Below are positions 52,249 to 61,410 of a DNA stretch of 64,000 nucleotides, piece by piece. Numbering within the stretch: the first letter of the stretch is position 1; each line of letters begins with the position of its first letter. The stretch is from assembly GCA_902521315.1 (NCBI GenBank), contig CABYRH010000008.1:18066-82065 (forward strand), in the 5' to 3' direction. The translations under genes and the position numbers were made by a program. The notes under the pieces were generated by a model. The model saw nothing but the letters and a program-made list of their open reading frames with translations. It was not told the origin of the DNA and ran no database searches. Source of the DNA: an uncultured Alphaproteobacteria bacterium. GTDB lineage: Bacteria; Pseudomonadota; Alphaproteobacteria; HIMB59; GCA-002718135.

Positions 52249-53478
52249 GTGAAAAATAACATTATAATTTTAGGTGGTGGTCAAGCCGGAATCTATGCTG
52301 CTAGAGAGATCAGACAAAATGATTCAAAATCAAATATTAAAATTTTAGGTGAAGAAAATTTATTACCATACGAAAGACCTCCTTTATCTAAAGATTTTTT
52401 GTTAGATAAAAAAAAAGCAGAAGATCTTTACTTTCATTCTAGCGACGTACTAAAAAATGAAAATATAGAATTTGAAAATATATCAATTAATAAAGTTGAT
52501 TTTGAAAATAAAAAACTTTTTGCAAAAAATGATAATGTTTACTCTTATGATAGTTTGCTTATTTCAACAGGTTCTGAAAATAAAAAACTTACTTTAGATA
52601 ATAATTTAAAGAATGATATTTATTATCTAAGAAATTTAGAAGAAGCCAAAAAAATTAAAGAAATAGTTTCAAATAAAAATAAAATAACAATTATTGGTGG
52701 TGGTTTCATTGGCTTAGAAATTGCCTCATCTTTATCTCAGCTTCAAAAGAAAGTAGTTGTTATTGAAATTGGTAATCAACTTATGGGAAGAATTATACCC
52801 AAACAAATTGCTGATTTAGTTCAAAACACTCATATAGAACATGGAAATGAAATAATATTAAATAAACAGATAGAAAAAATAAGTAAAAAAAATGACGATT
52901 ATGAAATTTTATTAAATGATAATTCTTTAATAGAAACAGATTTTATAATTGCAGGTATAGGCTCAACCCCGACTGTAAAGTTATTTGAAAATACAAATTT
53001 AAAGCTTGATAATGGTATTGTAACTAATCAATTTTGTGAAACTTCTATTAAAGATGTTTATGCCGCAGGTGACGTATCTAATTTTTATCATCCATTCTAT
53101 GAAAGAAATATGCGACTCGAGTCTTATCAACATGCACAAAATCATGGAATATGTGCTGGAAAAAATATTGCTGGAGTAAAAACAGAATACTCTTCAATTC
53201 CTTGGATGTGGTCTGATCAATTTAATTTGAATCTTCAACTGACTGGTATTTGTGATGAGTATGATGAAATCATCGAAAGAGGTAATGATATTAATAATGG
53301 TGTTATTTATTTTTTCCTAAAAAATAATAAAATAAGAGGAGCATGTGGTGTTGGAGTCATAGGAAAAGTAGGCCGTGACATTAGAATAACTTCTAAATTA
53401 ACTGAGAAAGATGCCATTGTAGATAAACAAATTCTCTCAGATCAAAATCTAAAATTAAATAAACTTATACAAAAATAA
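52249..53478 (+). CDS. Ferredoxin reductase (MocF-like)
   Basis: GGGQAG, PYERPPLSK, GGGFIGLE, AAGD, PWMWSDQ. Confidence 0.92.
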   Translation: MKNNIIILGGGQAGIYAAREIRQNDSKSNIKILGEENLLPYERPPLSKDFLLDKKKAEDLYFHSSDVLKNENIEFENISINKVDFENKKLFAKNDNVYSYDSLLISTGSENKKLTLDNNLKNDIYYLRNLEEAKKIKEIVSNKNKITIIGGGFIGLEIASSLSQLQKKVVVIEIGNQLMGRIIPKQIADLVQNTHIEHGNEIILNKQIEKISKKNDDYEILLNDNSLIETDFIIAGIGSTPTVKLFENTNLKLDNGIVTNQFCETSIKDVYAAGDVSNFYHPFYERNMRLESYQHAQNHGICAGKNIAGVKTEYSSIPWMWSDQFNLNLQLTGICDEYDEIIERGNDINNGVIYFFLKNNKIRGACGVGVIGKVGRDIRITSKLTEKDAIVDKQILSDQNLKLNKLIQK

Positions 53479-53530
53479 CAATTTAATTATTTTGTATTTA
53501 TTTTCATAAAATAGCTATTATATACAATCT

Positions 53531-53848
53531 ATGTCTGAAGAAAATTGGATTGAAGTAGGATCTACAGATAGTATTGAAGAAGAGGATCTCATCAGATTTG
53601 ATCATCAAGATAAAACTTTTTGTGTATATAAGCTAACAGATGGTTTTTATGCTACTGATGGAATTTGTACACACGAGGCAGTACATCTTGAAGATGGTTT
53701 AGTTATGGATGATGAAATTGAATGTCCAATGCACCAGGGAATTTTTAATATTAAATCCGGAGAAGCTTTAAGCCCACCAGCTTGTGAGGATTTAAAAACA
53801 TATCCAGTTAAAGTTGATAATGACAAAATTTTCATTAAGATAGATTAA
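53531..53848 (+). CDS. Rieske-type ferredoxin (MocE-like)
   Basis: CTH...CPMH Rieske motif, 105 aa. Confidence 0.92.
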   Translation: MSEENWIEVGSTDSIEEEDLIRFDHQDKTFCVYKLTDGFYATDGICTHEAVHLEDGLVMDDEIECPMHQGIFNIKSGEALSPPACEDLKTYPVKVDNDKIFIKID

Positions 53849-53867
53849 ATATTTTTTTGGAGATTTT

Positions 53868-54695
53868 ATGAGTAGAAAAAAACTTACAGTGTACGATTAT
53901 TTGCAATGCAAAGGTAAAAGGCAATTAAGTGTTATGTTTGTACATAATGCTGATGAAGCTGCAGCAGCTGAAGAGGCAGGCATTGACATGATTTGTACTT
54001 CTCATGATGCTCCACAATTTGGTATTTATAATTCTTTTGATGAACTTAAAAGAATTCGTGAGGCTGCGCCAACTTGCTTTATGCAATCTGGAGGTGCAGT
54101 TAGAGTAGCTTCTGAATATGAAGCAATGAAACTATCACATAAGTATTTAGATATTGGAGCAGATGTAATCTATGGCGGTAATTGGAGTTATAAATGGATT
54201 AGAGCATTAAGAGATGAGTATGTTCCAATTAATAGTCACGTTGGATTAGTTCCAGGAAATGCTACTTGGATTGGCGGATTTGTTGCACAAGGTAAAACTG
54301 CTGATAAGGCTATCAGAATTTTAGAACATACGCTTGAGTTACAAGATGCGGGAGCTATCGGAGTTGAGCTTGAAGTAGTTCCTCCAAAAGTTGCAGAAGT
54401 TATTACCAAAAAAGTTGATATCATGACTCTCTCAATGGGAAGTGGTTCTGGATGTGATGGGCAGTATTTATTTGCCAATGATGTATTAGGCTATACCCAA
54501 GGAAAAATTCCAAGACATGCGAGAATTTATAGAGATTTTAAAAAAGAATTTGCAAAATTACAAGCTGAAAGAGTTAGCGCCTTTAAAGAGTTTCACGATG
54601 ACACAGTAAACAAAAAATTTAATGATCCTAAAATCACAGTTAATATCGACGAAGGTGAATTTGAAAAATTTCTAAAACTTTCAGAAAAATTTTGA
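53868..54695 (+). CDS. PanB-like (ketopantoate hydroxymethyltransferase fold) protein, divergent
   Basis: HVGLVP, LQDAGA..ELEVVP, GSGSGCDGQYLF..DVLG; lacks LVGDS motif. Confidence 0.75.
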   Translation: MSRKKLTVYDYLQCKGKRQLSVMFVHNADEAAAAEEAGIDMICTSHDAPQFGIYNSFDELKRIREAAPTCFMQSGGAVRVASEYEAMKLSHKYLDIGADVIYGGNWSYKWIRALRDEYVPINSHVGLVPGNATWIGGFVAQGKTADKAIRILEHTLELQDAGAIGVELEVVPPKVAEVITKKVDIMTLSMGSGSGCDGQYLFANDVLGYTQGKIPRHARIYRDFKKEFAKLQAERVSAFKEFHDDTVNKKFNDPKITVNIDEGEFEKFLKLSEKF

Positions 54696-54698
54696 TTA

Positions 54699-55715
54699 AT
54701 GTTCGCAGGAGAAGTTGATTTAAAAAATTGGTATAAACCAAATATAGATAAGAAAACTTTAAAAGAACTATCTAAGAGATCAGATTTAAAAGGTACAATA
54801 GATATAACCTTATTTATTGTTGCTTTAATATTAAGCGGGTATCTATGTATTATAAGTTGGGCTACTCTATGGTCAATCCCTGCTCTTCTACTTTATGGAA
54901 ATATTTTTTATTGTAAAATCATTAGTATTCAACATGAAACAAATCACGAAACATATTTTAAAAGAAGATCGTTAAATAAATTTTTTTATCATATAACTTC
55001 TTTGCTTGGGGGGTTTGAAGCAGTAAGATGGAAGTGGAGTCATTTTCATCATCACACTTACACAATATTTACACATGAAGAAGTCTATGATTACGAAAAT
55101 AATAGTCCAAAACCAACAGAACCTGTTAGATTTCTTTTAAATTTTTTACCACTTGGTCCAATAATTAATATTCAAAAAATAAGACATTTTACACATTTTG
55201 AAATTATTAAACATTCATTTGGGATAATTACTCCTGTTGTAAAAGTTACAGTGCCTGAAAAGGAAATAAAAAAAATTATTAATAGTTCAAGATTATATTT
55301 AAGTTTTTGGTTGCTTGTAATTTTATCTTCAGTTTTGTTTCAATCATGGCTACCTATAATAATGATAATTTTACCTCCATTTTATGGTAATACTATATTA
55401 ATGATTTGTGGCATGACTCAACATGCTGGACTAGCTGATAATATTAAAGATCATAGAAAAAGCACAAGAACTGTTATTATGAATCCTTTTTTTAGTTTTT
55501 TGTATTCAAATATGGAGTATCATATTGAGCATCACATTTTCCCAAAAATCCCATGCCATAATCTAAAAAAATTTCACAAAATAGTTAAAAATCAAATGCC
55601 TGAACCTCATTACGGAATAATTTCTGCTTATAGATCAATAATCCCAGCAATATTTAAGCAATCCAAAGATAAAAATTATTTTATTGATGTGAAGGTTCCA
55701 GATACGACAATTTAG
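54699..55715 (+). CDS. Membrane di-iron desaturase-family enzyme (MocD-like) 2
   Basis: HETNH, HFHHH, HIEHH; paralog of 51257-52243. Confidence 0.85.
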   Translation: MFAGEVDLKNWYKPNIDKKTLKELSKRSDLKGTIDITLFIVALILSGYLCIISWATLWSIPALLLYGNIFYCKIISIQHETNHETYFKRRSLNKFFYHITSLLGGFEAVRWKWSHFHHHTYTIFTHEEVYDYENNSPKPTEPVRFLLNFLPLGPIINIQKIRHFTHFEIIKHSFGIITPVVKVTVPEKEIKKIINSSRLYLSFWLLVILSSVLFQSWLPIIMIILPPFYGNTILMICGMTQHAGLADNIKDHRKSTRTVIMNPFFSFLYSNMEYHIEHHIFPKIPCHNLKKFHKIVKNQMPEPHYGIISAYRSIIPAIFKQSKDKNYFIDVKVPDTTI

Positions 55716-55753
55716 TCTCTTTTTTTTTACTCAAAATATACTATAAACACAAT

Positions 55754-56758
55754 ATGGGTAATCGATTAAATGATAATGATTTCGGTACAAGAGATAAAAG
55801 AGGTCATTGGAAACCTTTTGGCACAATTAGTATTAATCCACCTAAAGATATATTTTTTAATCCAATAAAATTTTTAAAGTATTTTTTTAAATTTCCAGGA
55901 ATTTTTTTTCCATGGACTTTTGTTTTTGCAGCAATAACAGTTGCTACATATCTTTTTTTGACTCCTTCCTTAGAAACAATGAAGAATTTTGAAATAGGAT
56001 GGATATCCTATATATTCTTTAGAAATGCAGTTATTATTTTGCTTTGGACAGGCTTCTTTCATTTAAGACTGAAAACACAAGGAACTTCCTTTAAATATAA
56101 TCCACGACCTTTGGAAAAAAACAACTCAACATTTTTATTTAATGATCAGACTAAAGATAACTTATTCTATACTTTTTGTAGTGCTATTCCATTATGGACA
56201 GCATACGAAGTAATTACATTTTGGGCATTTGCAAATCAAATAATCCCATATGTAAGTTGGGAAGCTTATCCAATATATTGTTGTTTCATGTTCTTTCTTG
56301 TTCCATTTATAAGAGACGCACATTTTTACTTAACTCATAGGTTATTGCACTGGGCACCACTTTATAAAATCGCTCATAAAGTTCACCACCGCAACACGAA
56401 TACTGGTGCTTGGTCAGGTATGTCAATGCATCCAATAGAGCACATACTATATTTTTCAGGTATCTTAGTTCATTGGATTATCCCTTCACATCCTCTTGTT
56501 GCGATGTATCATGTTTTTCATGCTGGATTAGCTCCTACACCTGGACATACAGGATATGAAAAGATGACTTTCAAAAATGGTGTATCAATACCAACGGGTG
56601 ATTATATGCACTATATCCATCACAAATACTTTGAATGTAATTACTCAGGAGGAAATACTAGCTTTTTAGATAAACTAATGGGTACATTTCATGACGGATC
56701 TGAAGAAGCAACAAAAGAAGTAATGGCTCGTATTAAAGATAAAGCTCACTACCTCTAA
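55754..56758 (+). CDS. Sterol desaturase/fatty acid hydroxylase-family di-iron enzyme
   Basis: HFYLTHRLLH, HKVHH, HYIHH..FECNY. Confidence 0.85.
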   Translation: MGNRLNDNDFGTRDKRGHWKPFGTISINPPKDIFFNPIKFLKYFFKFPGIFFPWTFVFAAITVATYLFLTPSLETMKNFEIGWISYIFFRNAVIILLWTGFFHLRLKTQGTSFKYNPRPLEKNNSTFLFNDQTKDNLFYTFCSAIPLWTAYEVITFWAFANQIIPYVSWEAYPIYCCFMFFLVPFIRDAHFYLTHRLLHWAPLYKIAHKVHHRNTNTGAWSGMSMHPIEHILYFSGILVHWIIPSHPLVAMYHVFHAGLAPTPGHTGYEKMTFKNGVSIPTGDYMHYIHHKYFECNYSGGNTSFLDKLMGTFHDGSEEATKEVMARIKDKAHYL

Positions 56759-56802
56759 TCCTATCTTCATAAATTCTAAATTTTATTATATTGATCTAAA
56801 AT

Positions 56803-57678
56803 ATGAGTGAGGTTGAATTATATAAAGATGTAAAAAATAGTTTAGGAGAAGGTATTACTTGGTCTTCAATTGATCAAAGTTTACTTTGGGTAGATATTAA
56901 ACCAAAATCAGTTTTATTCAAAATTAATTTAGACAATGAAAAATTAGAAACTTTTGATTTACCTGAATTTGTTACAGCGACATCAATAATCTCTAAGAAT
57001 GAAATTGCTTTAGTATCAAATTGTGGAGTAAATAAATTTAACTTTCATTCTAAAAAATATGAAAGAATAATTAATGTTGAAGATAAAATTTCATCAAATA
57101 GATCTAATGATGGTGCATCAGATGCTAAAGGCAGGCTTTGGTTTGGGACGATGCAAAATAATATTAACAACGATGGAAGTGGAAAGCCTTTAAATACTAA
57201 ATCTGGAACTTTATATTGTTTATCAGAAAATAAATTAAATATTGTTGAAACAAATCTTGGTATACCTAACACATTTGTTTGGAGTCCTGATAACACAAAA
57301 TTTTATTTTACTGATACAACTGAGGGATCATTACTAGAATACAATTTTAACCTAGCTGAAGGTGTTTTATCAGATAAAAAAAATTTCTTTGATTTTGAAA
57401 GAGGTGCTCCAGATGGATCAACTATTGATAGTGATGGTTTTATTTGGAATTGTCGTTGGGGTGGATCATGTGTTGTGAAAATTGATCCAAAAGGCAGGGT
57501 TGATCAAATTTACCAGCTACCTGTTGAAAACGTAACAAATTGTGTATTTGGAGGAAGTGATCTTAAAACTTTATTTATTACTACTGCTAATAACTTAGGT
57601 AAAAATAAATATGATGGCAGCTTATTTGCATTAAATGTTAATACTCCTGGTATTGAAGATAATAAATTTAAAATTTGA
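56803..57678 (+). CDS. SMP-30/gluconolactonase-family sugar lactonase
   Basis: LGEG..W, RSNDG, PNTFVWSPD, APDG. Confidence 0.9.
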   Translation: MSEVELYKDVKNSLGEGITWSSIDQSLLWVDIKPKSVLFKINLDNEKLETFDLPEFVTATSIISKNEIALVSNCGVNKFNFHSKKYERIINVEDKISSNRSNDGASDAKGRLWFGTMQNNINNDGSGKPLNTKSGTLYCLSENKLNIVETNLGIPNTFVWSPDNTKFYFTDTTEGSLLEYNFNLAEGVLSDKKNFFDFERGAPDGSTIDSDGFIWNCRWGGSCVVKIDPKGRVDQIYQLPVENVTNCVFGGSDLKTLFITTANNLGKNKYDGSLFALNVNTPGIEDNKFKI

Positions 57679-57709
57679 TTTTTTTCTTTAATTAGATAAG
57701 ACTTTTTTT

Positions 57710-59443
57710 ATGAATAAAAAAAATAAATTCAGATCTTCTAATTGGTATAATTCTAAATCACATCGAAGAGATACATTTATTCATAGAGGTTGGATGCGAA
57801 ATCAAGGGCATCCCAATCACTTATTTGATGGACGCCCTGTAATTGGAATTTGCAATACTTGGTCAGAACTAACACCATGTAATGGTCATTTTAGAGAGAT
57901 AGCTGAGTCTGTTAAAAAAGGTGTTTATGAAGCTGGTGGTTTTCCACTAGAATTTCCTGTTTTTTCAGCAAGTGAATCTAATTTAAGACCAACAGCTATG
58001 TTGTTTAGAAATTTGGCAAGTATGGATGTTGAAGAGGCAATAAGGGGCAATCCTATAGACGGAGTCGTACTATTAATGGGTTGTGATAAAACAACACCTT
58101 CATTAATGATGGGTGCAGCAAGTGTTGACCTTCCAACAATAGGAGTTTCAGGCGGTCCAATGCTTAATGGTCATCATCAGGGGGAAACTATTGGTTCTGG
58201 AACAGGAGTTTGGAAACTTGATGCTGATTTAAACGCAGGTGTAATTACAGAAGAAGATTTTATCAATGCAGAAATTTCAATGAGCAGATCAAAAGGTAAT
58301 TGTATGACAATGGGTACAGCATCAACAATGGGTTCAATGGTTGAGGCATTAGGAATGTCCCTTCCTGGAAACGCAGCAATTCCAGCAGTTGATTCAAGAA
58401 GATACGCATTAGCTCACATGTCAGGAAAAAGAATTGTTGAGATGGTTAAAGACAATATAACTATGTCAAAAATTGTAACAAAAAAATCATTTGAAAATGC
58501 AATAAAAGTTAATGGTGCAATAGGTGGTTCAACAAATGCTGTTATTCATCTAGCAGCTATTGCAGGAAGAATGGAAATAGATCTGGATTTAGAAGATTGG
58601 AATAAGTGTGGAGAGGGAATTCCGACACTTGTCAATCTTCAACCCTCTGGAAAATACTTAATGGAAGATTTTTATTATGCTGGTGGAGTTCCTGTTGTAA
58701 TAAAAAGATTACTTGAAAAAAAATTATTAGAAGAAAATGCATTAACTGTAAATGGAAAAAGTATTGGTGAAAATAACAAAGATGCTAAATGTTGGAATAA
58801 TGAAGTTATAAAAGAATTTGACAATCCATTAACAAAAAATGGAGGCATTAAAATTCTTAAAGGAAACATTGCTCCAAATGGTGCAATCATTAAACCATCT
58901 GCTGCATCACCAGAATTAATGAAACATACTGGAAAAGCAGTTGTCTTTGAAAGTGTAGAAGAATTTCATGAAAAAATTGATGATCCAAATTTAGAAGTAG
59001 ATGAAAACTCTATATTAGTCTTGAAAAATTGTGGACCAAAAGGTTATCCTGGTATGGCAGAAGTTGGAAACATGCGTCTTCCACAAAAACTTTTAAAGAA
59101 AGGTGTTAGGGACATGATTAGGATATCTGATGCTAGAATGAGTGGAACAGCATATGGAACAGTAATCCTACATACTGCCCCTGAGGCAGCTGTAAAAGGC
59201 CCGTTAGCAGCGGTTCAAAATGGTGATCTAATAGAAATAGATGTCAATAAAGGTTCTATGAACTTAAATGTTGACGAAGAAACAATTAAAAATCGTTTAA
59301 ATAATTATAATCCAATTTTACCTGAAATATCTGGAGGCTATCAAAAGATGTATATAGATCATGTTATGCAAGCTGATAAAGGCGCAGATCTTGATTTTCT
59401 AATTGGCAAAAGAGGTGCAGAAGTAAAAAGACATAGTCATTAA
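57710..59443 (+). CDS. IlvD/Edd-family sugar-acid dehydratase (L-arabinonate dehydratase-like)
   Basis: ELTPCNGH, GCDKTTP, CMTMGTAST, SDARMSGT, C-terminal RHSH. Confidence 0.88.
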   Translation: MNKKNKFRSSNWYNSKSHRRDTFIHRGWMRNQGHPNHLFDGRPVIGICNTWSELTPCNGHFREIAESVKKGVYEAGGFPLEFPVFSASESNLRPTAMLFRNLASMDVEEAIRGNPIDGVVLLMGCDKTTPSLMMGAASVDLPTIGVSGGPMLNGHHQGETIGSGTGVWKLDADLNAGVITEEDFINAEISMSRSKGNCMTMGTASTMGSMVEALGMSLPGNAAIPAVDSRRYALAHMSGKRIVEMVKDNITMSKIVTKKSFENAIKVNGAIGGSTNAVIHLAAIAGRMEIDLDLEDWNKCGEGIPTLVNLQPSGKYLMEDFYYAGGVPVVIKRLLEKKLLEENALTVNGKSIGENNKDAKCWNNEVIKEFDNPLTKNGGIKILKGNIAPNGAIIKPSAASPELMKHTGKAVVFESVEEFHEKIDDPNLEVDENSILVLKNCGPKGYPGMAEVGNMRLPQKLLKKGVRDMIRISDARMSGTAYGTVILHTAPEAAVKGPLAAVQNGDLIEIDVNKGSMNLNVDEETIKNRLNNYNPILPEISGGYQKMYIDHVMQADKGADLDFLIGKRGAEVKRHSH

Positions 59444-59473
59444 TTTTAAAAAATTATAAAGATCAGTTGTAAA

Positions 59474-60517
59474 ATGAATAGTAATTTTAATCCGTTATCA
59501 CCTGAAGAATTAGTTTCGAGAATAAATAAAATTCCAAGAATTCGTTTAGCACAACTACCAACTGCTCTTGAATATGCTCCTAATATTTCTAAAGAGTTAA
59601 ATATAAATCTCTATATAAAAAGAGATGATTGCACCGCTTTAGCTTTTGGAGGGAACAAAACAAGACATCTAGAATTTATAATGGCTAAAACTTTATCTGG
59701 AGAGTATGATTGTATTGTAACTGGAGCTGCCTCTCAATCAAATTTTTGTCGTCAAGCAGTAGCAGCTGCTAATAAATTAAACTTGGATAGTTATCTAGTT
59801 TTGATGCATGGAGTTAAAGGTAAATTAATGCAAGGTAACTTTTTGTTATATAACATCCTAGGAGCAAATGTTGATGTAGTTGATGGAGAAAATTTAGAGG
59901 ATATTCCAAAACATTTAGACAAAAAATATGACGAACTAATAAAAGAAGGCCGAAAACCTCTATTAATCTACGGTGGTTTTGGAGAAGAAGATACCACTCT
60001 TGCAGGTATTAGTTATGCAAATACTATGGCTGAAATTGATAAACAAATGAAAAATCAAAATTTTATTGCAGATCATTTATTTGTAACAGCAGCCAACATG
60101 ACACAAGCTGGTTGTGAACTTGGTGCAAGAGTACTTAATTGGTCTACTAGAATACAGGGTATATCTCCTGTTTATTGGGATATGAATATTAAAGAGGACA
60201 TTGCCAGAATATGTAATCAGGGAGCAAAAATGCTCGATCTGAATTTAGAGTTTAATTCAAATATGATTAATCACGACAACAATTACGTAGGTGAAAAATA
60301 TGGTGTACCAACAAAAGATGGAATTGCGGCTATGAATCTTTTAGCAAAAAAAGAAGGACTATTTTTAGATCCTGTTTATACCTCTAAAGGATTTGCTGCA
60401 TTAATTGACTATGTAAAAAAAGGGATTATCAAAAAGGGAGAAAACGTAATTTTCATTTTAACTGGAGGCAGTCCTGCAGTTTTTGCATACAATGAAGAAC
60501 TTTCAAAAAAAATTTAA
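59474..60517 (+). CDS. PLP enzyme of D-cysteine desulfhydrase/ACC deaminase family
   Basis: KRDDC...GGNKTR, QSNF, LDPVYTSK, TGG. Confidence 0.85.
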   Translation: MNSNFNPLSPEELVSRINKIPRIRLAQLPTALEYAPNISKELNINLYIKRDDCTALAFGGNKTRHLEFIMAKTLSGEYDCIVTGAASQSNFCRQAVAAANKLNLDSYLVLMHGVKGKLMQGNFLLYNILGANVDVVDGENLEDIPKHLDKKYDELIKEGRKPLLIYGGFGEEDTTLAGISYANTMAEIDKQMKNQNFIADHLFVTAANMTQAGCELGARVLNWSTRIQGISPVYWDMNIKEDIARICNQGAKMLDLNLEFNSNMINHDNNYVGEKYGVPTKDGIAAMNLLAKKEGLFLDPVYTSKGFAALIDYVKKGIIKKGENVIFILTGGSPAVFAYNEELSKKI

Positions 60518-60518
60518 A

Positions 60519-61406
60519 ATGATTAAAGGTATTATACCTATGACATATTGTTTCTTTAATAGAAACAATACAATAGATATTAAATTAATGATCGATCAAA
60601 TATCACTAATAAAACAATTAGGATCTAATGGTATTGCTTGTCTTGGTCTTGCTACAGAAGTTAATAAATTGGAATTTTCAGAAAAAAAAAAAATAATTGA
60701 ACTTGTTTCTGATATTACAAATAATTCTATACCTGTAGTTGTTACTATATCTGGAAAAAATATTAATGAATATAAAAAATTAATAGGTGTAGCACAATAT
60801 AATAATGCTAATTGGATTGTTCTTCAACCTTTATTAAATAAAAAGACTACAGATAAAGATTGTTATGATTTTTTTGATAAGATAATTAATTTTGTAGATA
60901 AAAAAACTTTAGTTGGAATTCAGAATGCTAAAGAATATATTGGCGTTGGTTTAGAGTCACATCAAATATTAAAACTTTATAAAAAATTTTCTAATTTTAG
61001 AGCTATCAAAGGTGAAGCTGCTGCAGTACTAATACAAAATGAGATTACTAGGTATCCTAAAAATTTAGGTGTTTTTAATGGTAGAGGAGGACAGGAAATA
61101 ATTGATAATTTTTTAGCAGGTTGTAAAGGTATAATACCTTCATTAGAGGGTACTGATATATTTATAAAAATCTACAAACTACTAGAACAAAAAAAAATCA
61201 GTGAAGCTAGAAAGGTTTACAAAAAAATACTTCCCTCCATTGTGTTTTCAATGCAATCTATCGATTCTTTAACTTGTTATGGAAAAAGAATATGCGCATA
61301 CAGAATGGGTGTAAAAAAAATTTATGACAGAAGTCCTAGTTTAAGTCCAACTAAATTCGGTACTGATTTAGCAAAACAATTTGCTGATGATCTAGGAAAA
61401 TTTTGA
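60519..61406 (+). CDS. DHDPS/NAL-family lyase (possible 2-keto-3-deoxy sugar-acid dehydratase/aldolase)
   Basis: LGLATE, Schiff-base Lys in AIKGE; start trimmed to ATG 60519. Confidence 0.8.
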   Translation: MIKGIIPMTYCFFNRNNTIDIKLMIDQISLIKQLGSNGIACLGLATEVNKLEFSEKKKIIELVSDITNNSIPVVVTISGKNINEYKKLIGVAQYNNANWIVLQPLLNKKTTDKDCYDFFDKIINFVDKKTLVGIQNAKEYIGVGLESHQILKLYKKFSNFRAIKGEAAAVLIQNEITRYPKNLGVFNGRGGQEIIDNFLAGCKGIIPSLEGTDIFIKIYKLLEQKKISEARKVYKKILPSIVFSMQSIDSLTCYGKRICAYRMGVKKIYDRSPSLSPTKFGTDLAKQFADDLGKF

Positions 61407-61410
61407 TTTA

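Noticed and set aside
53868-54695. Calling this gene panB
   Set aside because: Key motifs are altered and no pantothenate context is present.
57710-59443. Calling this gene ilvD
   Set aside because: Sequence and context fit the sugar-acid dehydratase branch of the family.
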